NCBI GenBank assembly: GCA_965197905.1
Contig: CBDAOB010000005.1
Span: forward strand, 1,344,001-1,408,000
From: Candidatus Latescibacterota bacterium
GTDB taxonomy: Bacteria > Latescibacterota > UBA2968 > UBA8231
Direction: 5' to 3'
DNA: 64,000 nucleotides
Below, piece after piece: positions 38,801 through 49,059 of the stretch. The position numbers and the translations under genes are program-made. Under the pieces are notes generated by a model. It saw nothing but the letters and a program-made list of their open reading frames with translations, ran no database searches and was not told the origin of the DNA. Every line of letters starts with the position of its first letter. Positions within the stretch are counted from its first letter, which is position 1.

Positions 38801-40828
38801 ATGAGTGAAGCGAATAAAAAAGCCTCGACCAACCGTCTGACTCGCCTGCGGGCTGTAGCGTGGGCGTGGTATGGGTTGGCAGCATTCGTTGTGTGGCTCG
38901 TCATCGACTTGACCGTCAAGCAGGCGCAGAAGGACAGCTTTCCAGAAGACCTTGGCCAGTTCGTCTTCCTCTCTATTCTGTTCCTTTTTAACAGTGGCCT
39001 GCTTTGCGTTGTTGCACGGGGTATACAGCGCTACAGCAAGTTCGCGTGGAGTCTGATCGTCGGTCTAAGCGCACAGGGCGCGCTTGCTTGCGTTGTCCTG
39101 CCGTTCACCGACGTTCCACCCCCGAATTGGCTGCACGTCTTTGCTATAGGTTTGGTGTTTTCTGTCTTCTCGCTGGTCGTGCTACTCACTAAGGAAGTGC
39201 GTTCGCGAGTTTGGCAACCGGCTGCATCCGAATCGACCGATTCTTCGGAGAAGGCTTCTCTCTCGGGCGGCTCACCAGAAGATATGGTGATCAAGCTTGT
39301 CTCGATGATTCTGGTCGGCGCCGTGTTTTTGTTCGCCCGCAGCCATGAACTTCCTCCGCACTGGATGCGCGGAATTCTCCTTGGGCTATTGGCCATAGCC
39401 GCAGTTGCGGCGTTGCCGTTCCTATACATAAGAAAAGACCTGGCGACCCGCCTGCTGGGAATGCTGGCGGCAGCGTGCGCGATCGCCTACTTCCGACTCA
39501 AGGTGCAAGCGATGGTGGAGCTGAACTCTTGGGTCTCGCTGCTCGACAACCGACTTTTCGTGTACACTGCGGGCGTGGTGATGGCCCTGGCTGTCTTTCA
39601 CATGGCCATCCACCTGTTTGGCCGGAACAAAACTGACACGGGCAACGCGTCTTATACGATGACGGTTCTGCTGGCGGCGATGCTGTGTTCGATGTTCTCG
39701 GTCGCGGGCGCGACGAGCTTGGCTGTTGTGGTGCTGACCGGCTTCGGGGCTGCCTTCCTCTATGGCTTGTACGCTGGCTTCGTTCAGACTGGGCGCCGCT
39801 GGCTTCGAGTCGGCCACGGTGTGGCAGTTGGTGCCCTCCTGTTATGGGAACTGTCTCTGACCCTTTACCTGGCCCCCTTTACCCTTATCGCTCTGGCGAC
39901 GGTGCAGGTATGGGGGGTGAGCCGTAAGGTGGACGGGTCCGGTATCCTGTCCATCGGGGTGATCGGTTACGTCCTGGCGGGCATCTGGTCGCTCCTACCG
40001 GTAGAGTTTCTCGGGGATCTCGGTTTTCTCTACGGCACGGTCGTGTTTACGGGATCTATGTCTGTCTTCATGGCCCGCACATTTGTCCGCACATTGTCGG
40101 ACAACGCACGGAAGACACAGGAGTTGGAGGAGGCACGCAGATTGCAGCTGTCCCTGCTTCCTGACGCGGTACCAACTACGCCAGGCGTCGAAATTGCCTG
40201 GCACATGGAAACAGCAACCGAAGTAGGCGGCGACTACTACGACTATTCCATTTCCGATGATGGCACGCTAACTCGTTGTGTTGGCGATGCTACCGGCCAC
40301 GGGATGGATTCGGGAGTGATCGTGACCGGAACCAAGTCTCTCTTTCAGACTTTTGCTGACGCACCATCTATTACGGACTCACTGACAGTTATGTCGCGGT
40401 CCCTGAAGGGAATGGATCTCCCCCGTATGGGTATGGCGATGACGCTTCTCAGGATGAAGGAATCGACTTGCAGGGTGTCATCAGCCGGGATGCCTCCCGT
40501 CCTGATCTATCGCGCAAGCAGTAGGGAAGTGGAGGAGATTGATGTCTCTGGATACCCACTTGGCATGTCGGATAAGGCAACATACCAAGAGGAGACCTTC
40601 GAGGTTTCGTCTGGCGATGTGATCCTGATGATGAGCGACGGGTTACCGGAGCGTCTGAACCCGCAGGACGAATACTTCGACTACGACCGCACGAAGGCTG
40701 TGTTTGCCGAAGCAGCAACCGGCACCCCAGAGGAGTTGTGCGACGGGATGCTACAGAGTGCGGAAGAATGGGCAGACGGCAGGCCTCAAGACGACGACAT
40801 CACCTTGGTGGCATTGAAGGCGAAGTAA
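38801..40828 (+). CDS. Multi-TM PP2C/SpoIIE (RsbU-like) phosphatase
   Basis: ARRLQLSLLP, VGGDYYD, GDATGHG, SDGL.E, DDIT. Confidence 0.9.
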   Translation: MSEANKKASTNRLTRLRAVAWAWYGLAAFVVWLVIDLTVKQAQKDSFPEDLGQFVFLSILFLFNSGLLCVVARGIQRYSKFAWSLIVGLSAQGALACVVLPFTDVPPPNWLHVFAIGLVFSVFSLVVLLTKEVRSRVWQPAASESTDSSEKASLSGGSPEDMVIKLVSMILVGAVFLFARSHELPPHWMRGILLGLLAIAAVAALPFLYIRKDLATRLLGMLAAACAIAYFRLKVQAMVELNSWVSLLDNRLFVYTAGVVMALAVFHMAIHLFGRNKTDTGNASYTMTVLLAAMLCSMFSVAGATSLAVVVLTGFGAAFLYGLYAGFVQTGRRWLRVGHGVAVGALLLWELSLTLYLAPFTLIALATVQVWGVSRKVDGSGILSIGVIGYVLAGIWSLLPVEFLGDLGFLYGTVVFTGSMSVFMARTFVRTLSDNARKTQELEEARRLQLSLLPDAVPTTPGVEIAWHMETATEVGGDYYDYSISDDGTLTRCVGDATGHGMDSGVIVTGTKSLFQTFADAPSITDSLTVMSRSLKGMDLPRMGMAMTLLRMKESTCRVSSAGMPPVLIYRASSREVEEIDVSGYPLGMSDKATYQEETFEVSSGDVILMMSDGLPERLNPQDEYFDYDRTKAVFAEAATGTPEELCDGMLQSAEEWADGRPQDDDITLVALKAK

Positions 40829-41485
40829 CAAATGGGACTCCTCATACTACTGCTCGTTCTCGTTGGCGGTCTCTGCCACTGGTGGATTTACGAGAACCTC
40901 CATACCCCCCGTTGGAATAGCACCCTCTGGCCTGTGCTCCTGATAGGCGGCCTACTTTGCGGCATCCCTCTCGCTCTATTCTACCAGTAGGCTCGCTGGG
41001 CTGAGTCACCGCACGTACCAGTACCAGGTGGTTCCCAAACCTTGGTCAGTTTTGGCGCCATTTCGTCATTCGCTGAGCAGCAACAAGACGCCTTAGCCAC
41101 GTCCAACGTCGAGGTGCACTGGGTCGTTGAGATCGAACGCGCAGAAACACCACCGACCATCGACGCGGAAGGTTCTCACGATACTTCAACGGTATGAGGA
41201 TGCACTGAATGCACTTAGCAAGTGCCTTGCGCTCGACCCGAACCATGCTGACGCTTGGCGTCTCAAGGGATCCACTCTTTTTTGATTTAGGTCGTCGCGA
41301 GGAAGCCAGGGAAGCGTATGACCTTTGAACAGTGTCCACCACCACTCATAACTTCGGAATCTTTGATAAGTGAGGCGCGGATGGTTTCGATTTGCTCGTC
41401 TGAAAGACGGTGACTTTCCGACCACGCCGTCAATATCGCATCCAATGCTTGAGCCGCATTTTGTGGGATAGCTGAATTCGTCATG

Positions 41486-41955
41486 TCAAACCTGTCGACT
41501 ATTCTCCATCGTCTCATGTAATCGAAGTTTTTCTACCAGTGTCCTTCGAGCCAATGATAGTTTGTAGCGAACGGTGCCGGCGGGAATTTCTAAAAGTTGG
41601 GCAATCTTTGTGCTCGACATTTCCCCTACAACAGTCATAAGCAGGACCGTACGTTGGTCCTCCGGAAGGTCTCTTATGGCAGTATCTGCCAGGGCTAGTT
41701 GTTCCTTAGCTGGCAATACGGTTTGTGCGTCACTTAAGGGTAGGGGCATCTCACGCGCACGTTGTCCCAGCGCTCTTTTTGCGACTGATTCCCTGGCTTG
41801 ATTCCGGTAGTAGTCAATTAGAATATTTCGTGCAATAGAAAACACCCACGGTCCCAATTGCTCTGTCTTTAGATCTGCGATCCTATGAATACTGCGCCAG
41901 ACGCGAAGAAACGTATCCTGGAGAAGATCCAGAGCGACTTGAGGATTTCCCGTGG
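41486..41955 (-). pseudogene. ECF sigma factor, 5'-truncated
   Basis: DLLQDTFLRVW, WVFSIARN, GTVRYKLSLARR; start replaced by an opposite-strand fragment. Confidence 0.8.
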
Positions 41956-42098
41956 GTGCTCTGATGGATCCGCAGGCAACGCAGGCCACGGGGTCGGGAT
42001 GCTGCTCAGTGGGGGAGGCGGGACCGTGGGGGGCACTGCGGGAACGTTACTGTTGATCCCGTACCTTGGGAACCGGGGCGAGCGCAACGGTGGCAGAG

Positions 42099-42208
42099 AC
42101 CGCCTGCGGGCGTTGGAAGAAGATGGACGAGATCATTCACCGCAGCAGGAGACCAATCAGCTGCTTTCTAAATTGGCGGGGTATCTCGAAGGTGTCATGT
42201 CAAGGGCT
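42099..42208 (+). repeat. Direct repeat copy 1 (phage-like coiled-coil gene fragment)
   Basis: RLRALE.KMDEIIH..QETNQLLSKLAGYLEGVMS; homologous to 43178-43290. Confidence 0.8.
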
Positions 42209-42335
42209 TAGGAGGGGACGCAAGTTTAGGACATGGCCGTCGCGAGGTATGCGGATCTGAGGACGTTGACAATTTCCCATTACCGATACGTTCTCCCCAA
42301 TTCATTCTTCTTAGCGAAGACGCTGAGGCGCGCTG

Positions 42336-43166
42336 TTAAGCGTCCCCACTATCCTTTGGTTCGCGGATTCTGTAGGTGTTGTACTTCCTCTCTACACTGA
42401 ATCCTGCTCTCTCTGCGGTGCGCTGAGACGCGACGTTCTCTTCCGGACAATGCCAACCCACGTGCCGCAAACCACTGGAGAACGCGTGCTGAACTGCGCC
42501 GTTGGCAGTGAACGATCCCATACCCCGCCGCCTCCACTCCGGCGCTGTCCGAATGCCGATCTCGCAGGTGTCTCCGGCTCTACAGTCTGCAACTGACCAC
42601 GAGACAATCTCCCCTCCGCAAATCGCTACCACGCCAAAGCCCGCACTCAGGAAATGGGAACGTGAGCCCCAGTTGTTGCCGATCCATGAGACGATATGGT
42701 TGGGCAGCGAGAATGTCCCGCTGTCCAGTAGAGCTTGGTCAATTGGCCTGATCGTCACTCCCTCTTCCGGACGCGGAAGTGGCCGCACGTCGTCGACATT
42801 GCTGCACAGGTAGTGCCGTCGGGAAGTAGATACAACCTCGCCCGCCCTCGCAATCTCATCCAACCGGTGCCTCCAGCGGTCGGAAGACACTACAAATTCC
42901 AGATGCCAAATAGCCACGCCCAAGTTCTTTAGGTCGCGGAGATACGACCCGAGGCTGCGGCAGAAAGCCATGTTGTCCGCGTCGCCCGATAGATAGGCGG
43001 CTTCGGGCGACAACACGAACCCAGCGGTTGCGTCAAGCGGATCGTCCACAAGTATCCTCCCCGGATTCGTTCCGTTCAGCACAGCGGCGCAAGAGGCGTG
43101 GAACGAGAAGGGCGCAAACAACGGCTGCGTTTCCTGGCTCTCCGGCGATTTTAGCTCATGGATCAT
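42336..43166 (-). CDS. GNAT acetyltransferase
   Basis: CEIGIRT..WRRRGMG, N.ASQRTAERAGF; stop lies within GCTTAAC. Confidence 0.87.
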   Translation of the reverse strand: MIHELKSPESQETQPLFAPFSFHASCAAVLNGTNPGRILVDDPLDATAGFVLSPEAAYLSGDADNMAFCRSLGSYLRDLKNLGVAIWHLEFVVSSDRWRHRLDEIARAGEVVSTSRRHYLCSNVDDVRPLPRPEEGVTIRPIDQALLDSGTFSLPNHIVSWIGNNWGSRSHFLSAGFGVVAICGGEIVSWSVADCRAGDTCEIGIRTAPEWRRRGMGSFTANGAVQHAFSSGLRHVGWHCPEENVASQRTAERAGFSVERKYNTYRIREPKDSGDA

Positions 43167-43177
43167 CAGGCACGTGA

Positions 43178-43290
43178 CATCGGTTGCGGACGTTGGAAGC
43201 GAAGATGGACGAGATGATTCATCAGCAGCAAGAGACCAATCAGCTGCTATCAAAACTGGCGGGGTATCTGGAAGGGGTCATGAGCCAGGG
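43178..43290 (+). repeat. Direct repeat copy 2
   Basis: RLRTLEAKMDEMIHQQQETNQLLSKLAGYLEGVMS. Confidence 0.8.
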
Positions 43291-43371
43291 GCGTCACTGA
43301 CCTCGAGGCCAAGGGGCGTTACGCGGCGTAGCTCAACGCGCTGTGTCATGAGAAGCGCCGGTGCGTGGCGC

Positions 43372-45041
43372 TCATTGCTTGTTAGATGAGTTGTCGATCT
43401 CGTCTGCCCGCAGTAGGCTAATCAAGTTTATCCCAACCTCCCGCAGGTTCTCGAATCCGCCTGTTTGTCGATCGAGGACACAAATAGCTGTCTCCGTAAC
43501 TATGCCGTCACTTTTCAACATGTTGGCCGCATCGATGATCGCGCCGCCGCTGGAAACAACGTCCTCCACCAATACAATCCTCTTCCCAGCTAGATCTGGG
43601 CCCTCAGCGTACTTGCATGTCCCATACTCCTTACGTGTCTTGCGAATAAAAGCCGCTGGAATTTTGGTGTAGTGGCTAAGCAATCAAGTCCCCGGAATTC
43701 GGACAGTGTGTTAAGTTGGACCCAGACCTGACGCGAAAGGATATTTGCCATGGGTACCCGACGTAACTTCTCAGCCGAATTCAAGGCCAAGGTGGCCCTG
43801 GAGGCACTGGTTGGCGACAAGACGCTGGCGGAGCTGGCGGCCAAGCATGACGTGCATCCCAATGTGATCGTACAATGGAAGCGGCAGGCTAAGGAGAGCC
43901 TTCCCGAGGTGTTCGCCAAGAAGACCTCTCGTGGCGCTGCGGACCGTGAGGCGGAGGTGAAGACGCTGCACGCCAAGATCGGCCAGCTTACCGTGGAGAA
44001 CGATTTTTTGTCGAAAGCCTTTGCTCGTTGAGCCGCGGCCGAAGGGCAGAGATGGTCGAGGAGGATCATCCCCGGCTCAGCATTGTGCGTCAGTGTGAGT
44101 TGGTCAGCATCTCGCGCTCCTCGCACTACTACACGGGCAAGGGTGAGAGCACCCTGAATCTGAAGCTGATGCGTCTACTCGACGCGCAGTTTTTGTCCAC
44201 GCCTTGGTACGGATCGCGGCAGATGGCGCGTCACCTGCGGCGGCAGGGCTTCGGTGTTGGCCGCAAGCGGATTCGCCGATTGATGCGGCAGATGGGTCTG
44301 ACGGCCATCTACCGCAAGCCGCGAACGTCGAATGATCCGGCACATCGGATCTATCCGTATCTGCTCCGGAATGTGCGGATCGATCGGCCGAACCAGGTGT
44401 GGTGCGCCGACATCACCTACATCCCGATGCAACGAGGATTCCAGTATCTGGTGGCAATCATGGACTGGGCGACGCGTACGGTGCTGTCTTGGCGCCTGTC
44501 GAACACGCTGGACAGCGACTTCTGTTGGCGGAGGCTCTGGCCCAGTCGAAGATCCAATACCGACCAGGGGTGCCAATTCACCAGCCAGGACTTCACCCAG
44601 GTACTCGAACAAGCCCCGGTACGGATATCGATGGACGGCAAGGGCCGGTGGATGGACAACGTCTTCATCGAGCGCCTCCGCTCGCTCAAGTACGAGTGTG
44701 TCTACCTGCACGACTTGACCATCGGAACCTGGCTCAGGCTACAACGAGGAAAGACCTCACTCGAGCCACCTCCATGACAGAACTCCGATGGAGGAATACA
44801 CGCGGCGAAGGGCAGCCTACCAAAGGATGGGGTCCACTTCTATTCCGCCAAGCTCCAAGCCACAAAGCGCCTCGGTAGCCTCCGGGATAAGCGCTACCAT
44901 CGCCCTTGTTATATCGGAGAGCAAAGCAGGATCAGACTCGAAAAGGTATTTATCGAAGTACCGATTGCTCGTTTTGCCGCTCCGCAAGACGAATTCCCCA
45001 TGAATCTCCGAGGCGTCCTTTATTCTCCAGGCAAGAGTCAC
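43372..45041 (-). pseudogene. pyrE: Orotate phosphoribosyltransferase interrupted by an IS3 element
   Basis: N-part GEFVLRSGKTSNRYFDKY..GLELGGI (to 44843); C-part IRK..KEYGT..VEDVVSSGG (from 43683). Confidence 0.88.
43685..44842 (+). mobile_element. IS3-family element, degenerate
   Basis: OrfA 43750-44031 (FKAKVALEAL) and OrfB 44028-44777 (WCADITY, TDQG.QF, DNVFIERL) with deletions; IR-like ends. Confidence 0.92.
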
Positions 45042-45134
45042 TTGTAGTCTCTGTGGTATGCGTTCGTATTTCGACGAAACAACCTGTCGTTGCCGAGGGC
45101 CAAGTCTCTCAGCGCCGCAGCGGAAAGCCGGTAT

Positions 45135-45701
45135 TTATCCGACGCTATCAGTACGTTCAAGTTTCCACTCATGTTCCAGAATCGCGTAGTAGTAGTAGTC
45201 TAGCCACTGTCCGTGTACTAATCTATGTTCTCGAAAAAGCCCCTCTCTTTTCATCCCCAGTTTTTCCATAACATTGGCAGATGCTCCATTTGCTGTCACA
45301 CATTTCGCATAAATCCTGTGTAGGTTTAGTTGATGAAACCCAAGAGTTACAATGGTTTTTGCTGACTCGGTTCCGTAACCGTTGCCCCAGAAGCGAGGAT
45401 TAAAAACATATGCAAGTTCTGCTTCTCGACTTTCGCGGCTACTTCTAGTAAGACTACAGGTTCCAATGAGACCTGAACCCTTTAGGTCGATTGCGAACTG
45501 GTAGCGACTCCGGGGGGTTGCGTCCTGTTCGGCAAGGACCCACTCGATGAAGCGTCGTGTATCCTCTGGTCGGTTGGGACCCCATTCCACATAGCGTACC
45601 ACCCGAGGATCTGAGCTGAACCTGTGAGTCAACTCGAAATCGCCCGCTTCATACTCGCGGAGGATCAGTCGATCGGTCTCAATGGGTTGAATTCCCGCCA
45701 A
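45135..45701 (-). CDS. RimJ/RimL-type GNAT acetyltransferase
   Basis: IETDRLILR, FWGNGYGTE, MEKLGM.REG. Confidence 0.9.
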   Translation of the reverse strand: MAGIQPIETDRLILREYEAGDFELTHRFSSDPRVVRYVEWGPNRPEDTRRFIEWVLAEQDATPRSRYQFAIDLKGSGLIGTCSLTRSSRESREAELAYVFNPRFWGNGYGTESAKTIVTLGFHQLNLHRIYAKCVTANGASANVMEKLGMKREGLFREHRLVHGQWLDYYYYAILEHEWKLERTDSVG

Positions 45702-45750
45702 AGGTACTCTCCAAAGCGGTGTCGGTGCGGACCGGTGTCAACCTGATGTT

Positions 45751-46314
45751 TTAAATGCCCGAAGTTTTTAGACTCCAGACACGTAGGGCTTGATCGTGCC
45801 CGGCCCCAGCAAGACCACTCGGGAGCTGATGAGGTGCAAAGTACGTCGGAGTAAGGCCTTCGGCTGTTTCTATTAGGAACCCACCCACTACGCCGCAGGT
45901 GTACACGATCAAAACACCATTCCCTCTCGGATCATCATCGAAGAAGTAGACACCATGCAAATTCGCAACCTGTACGTCTAAGCCTGATTCCTCCTGAACT
46001 TCGCGGCGTACTGCTGTCGTGGGTAACTCATCTACCTCCACATACCCCGCGGGCAGATTCCAGAGACCTTGAAACGGCTCAGTCGTACGTCTAATTAGGA
46101 GGATCTCGTCTGCTTTCTGGACGAGAGCTGCCACTCCAACCTTGAGTTGCTCGTAGTGTATGGTTTCGCAATTGGGACAGTATGCGCGGGATCTGTTTTC
46201 GAAGACCTTAATCTCGACCGCGAACAACTGGGGCAGTAACGGATCATTTGACGGTTTGCGACTGACCAGGAGCAAAGCGACGCCGCGAAAACTGAGCTGT
46301 CTCTCGAGAAGCAA
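45751..46314 (-). CDS. NUDIX hydrolase with Zn ribbon (start uncertain)
   Basis: CPNC, LPAGYVE..E....AVRREVQEESG. Confidence 0.85.
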   Translation of the reverse strand: MLLERQLSFRGVALLLVSRKPSNDPLLPQLFAVEIKVFENRSRAYCPNCETIHYEQLKVGVAALVQKADEILLIRRTTEPFQGLWNLPAGYVEVDELPTTAVRREVQEESGLDVQVANLHGVYFFDDDPRGNGVLIVYTCGVVGGFLIETAEGLTPTYFAPHQLPSGLAGAGHDQALRVWSLKTSGI

Positions 46315-46502
46315 TGTAGTTCAAGAAGCGATATCGTTCTTGGGGTCAGGCGCTCGATTCCAAGGACGACAAAGTCCAGTTGCAGAATTCCATAGTGAAA
46401 TATCTGTCTCACACAGGAATCTTAGGATTGGAAATGCGTCTCCTGAGAGATTGGGAAGACGACCCACCCAGTACCATTGCACGGCACTAGAAACAAGGTG
46501 AC

Positions 46503-47393
46503 TTACATCTCGTGAATCTTGCGCGGAATGTGCGGCATCGGCTCCGCCGACGGTCGCACCAGGGTTTCCCCGTCGTCCTCGATGAGGGCCCTGCTGTTCA
46601 TGTACGGGGGCTCGAGGACGGCCTGTTGGACCTCGGTCAGCTCCTTGGTCCATTCGGGCATCTTGTGCTCGCCGTAGTGGTTTGACCCGTATTGCATGTG
46701 TCTGGGACAGTACCGGTATAACAGAGAACGGCGTTCATGATCCGCGGTCCACGGCAGGCCGCCGTGGATAGTGGCCTCCATGAAGATCACCAGGGCGCCC
46801 GCCTTGCAGGCGACGTTGTAGACGCACTCCTTGTCCGAGTTGTGAAGCATGATGTCTTCGGGGCATTTGAAGTTCGCCTTGTGGCTGCCCGGAATAACCG
46901 TGATGCCGCCGTCCCCTGGATTGATGTCGGCCAGCTGATACTGAAACACGGTCAACCCGGAACGAAACTGGCCGTTGGCAAAATTGAAGTTCTGGGCCCC
47001 GTCGACGACTCGGGCGGTGTTGCCATGGAGCCCGTGTCCGCCCTTGCCCTTGCGCGCCCGGATACAGCCGGGCCGGCCTTCCAGCTTCCATCCTCGTCCG
47101 AAGATCGAATTCAAATATGGGATCGCCTTCGGGTGCGCGAGCAGGTCGCGGAATGGCTGGCAGTACGGCTGCGGCCACTCGAGGACCCCGCCGGCGCCGA
47201 ACTCGCTATCCTTGCCGGCCATGCCGCCGCCGTACGGGTTAGGACCGGTCCACATATCTTCGCTCCAGGTCTCGGCATTGATGTCGATGGCTTCGTTCAT
47301 CGCCTTCACCTCCGCGGGCGACAGGATCTGCTTGACGACGAGAAAACCTTGGAGATCGAAGAGAAACTTTTCGCGATCGCTCATTTCCAGCAT
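46503..47393 (-). CDS. Phytanoyl-CoA dioxygenase (PhyH) family protein
   Basis: FDLQGFLVV, LHG, IPGSHK, HGGLPW..ERR. Confidence 0.88.
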   Translation of the reverse strand: MLEMSDREKFLFDLQGFLVVKQILSPAEVKAMNEAIDINAETWSEDMWTGPNPYGGGMAGKDSEFGAGGVLEWPQPYCQPFRDLLAHPKAIPYLNSIFGRGWKLEGRPGCIRARKGKGGHGLHGNTARVVDGAQNFNFANGQFRSGLTVFQYQLADINPGDGGITVIPGSHKANFKCPEDIMLHNSDKECVYNVACKAGALVIFMEATIHGGLPWTADHERRSLLYRYCPRHMQYGSNHYGEHKMPEWTKELTEVQQAVLEPPYMNSRALIEDDGETLVRPSAEPMPHIPRKIHEM

Positions 47394-47694
47394 GAGATTT
47401 CCTTTGTTCGGTGTGTTAGTCTGGCAGATAGATTCAAACAAGGTGCCCCAGTCCGTGCACTAAAGATGTCTCCGATGCAGCACAGTTGCAATTGTGGTCA
47501 GTGCTAGGTTGAGAATCAGGAAACTACGACTCTAGCCGTGGTGGCAAATAGGAGCACAGATTCGAGAGCTCTGGGGCAAATGGCGGCACTTTTGGACACG
47601 CGGCCTCACTCCAAGTAACCCGCAATAACCCGCACCTGTTCAGAGGTTTAACGAAACCCTATATTTTTACTCCAATTTGCGAAAACGCCCGGAT

Positions 47695-47741
47695 CAGACT
47701 TTTAATCTGTTTCCCGCAAGTTCGATTCCCGCCCAACTTCA
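47695..47741 (+). other. Degenerate tRNA-Lys(TTT) 3' half (att remnant)
   Basis: CAGA-CTTTTAA-TCTG anticodon arm and GTTCGATTC T-loop; no 5' half. Confidence 0.65.
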
Positions 47742-47874
47742 GACTCAAATCTAACAGACGACTCGCGATTTACTGATTCGAGGATGTCCCGCACTTTCCA
47801 ACGGAAGTTGCAGTGGATTTGTTTTTCCTTCCACGGTTAGTGTCGGCTCCTGTATATGAAAAGAGACTGAATCG

Positions 47875-48630
47875 ATGACGAGTGGTAGGGGGGACCGAAC
47901 ACGGCAGGCGGCCCTGATCAAGCGAGCAACTGAAGGCGACCTCGATGCCTTCAGTCGATTGGTACGAGAGTACCAGGATATGGCGTTAGGCTACGCTGTC
48001 TCGCTGCTGGGCGATTTCCACGTGGCCGAAGACGCAGCTCAGGAAACATTTGTCACGCTATCTGAAAAACTACAAGAGCTACGAGATCCCGTGGCCTTTC
48101 CGGCCTGGTTTCGCACTATCGTGCGGACGGCATGTACGAGACTGACCCGGGGCAAGCGTCTACAGACGATCTCACCAAACGACGCACACAACTGGGTAAT
48201 GGAAGTACCAGTGGAAGCACGAGAAAACATCGAGTCTGACGATGAGGTGATGGCCACAGTCCGATCATTGCCAGAGGCGGAGCGAGCTGTGATCACGTTG
48301 CATTACATAAGCAGCTATTCGCGCCGCGAGATTTCCAGGTTTCTCGGTGGAGGCCCGTATTACACCCGTACCCGGCGCGTGAATGGCCGCCAGATCCGGG
48401 AATACATCGGTGGCGGGATACTGGGCCAGGAGGCCGCTAGAATCGATGCTGAGGCGCGTCAGCAGCGCGAGGAAGAGCGCAGGGCGTGGAAGCAGATGAA
48501 GGCCGATCTTGCGCAGATCGAGCGCGAAATGCGGGCTCACGAAGCCATGTGCAAGACCGCGGTAGCCTGGGTACTGGAAGGTTCGGGCTTCTTCAATCAC
48601 CGAGGGGAATGGAGAAAGCGGAGTGGATGA
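47875..48630 (+). pseudogene. ECF sigma factor fragment fused in frame to a small-element hypothetical gene
   Basis: AEDAAQETF..FPAWFR..EISRFLG, then YYTRTRRVNGRQIREYIG..HRGEWRKR. Confidence 0.75.
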
Positions 48631-48966
48631 GAACGGCCTCCAGAAGTCGATAAACGAGCTCACCAAGGCCGAAAAGAAGCTTTATGATAAGGCCAAGAAG
48701 GGCGATAAGGACGCTCTCCGAGCATTCGAGACAGCTTTGCCGAAGCTCCGAAAGCTCTGGAGTCGCACCTGGTGGACAAGCTGTGCCTCGACAAGTTAGA
48801 GTTCCAAGTCGCACTTATTGACAGACACGCATTCTATCAGAAATGGCAGGAACGCTGTCATCGGCGGTTCCTGTCAGCCTGTAAGACATTGGCTCAGGTG
48901 CGGAAGCTGCTGGGCGTGAATGTGCAGATCAATATTGCTGAGCAGCAGGTGAATGTAGCTGGATGA
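48623..48966 (+). pseudogene. Internally deleted hypothetical gene of small integrative elements
   Basis: C-terminus HRRFLSACKTLAQVRKLL..VQINIAEQQVNV; broken frame. Confidence 0.5.
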
Positions 48967-49059
48967 GCTATCTGAAAGCCGCCATAGCGGCATTAAATGC
49001 GTTGGGAGGGGAGTAAGGCGTGGAATACTTCGAATAGTAGTAGTATCATTAGCTCCGTC

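Noticed and set aside
45060..45140. attC between pyrE and the GNAT gene
   Set aside because: No convincing paired AAC/GTT ends or L boxes.
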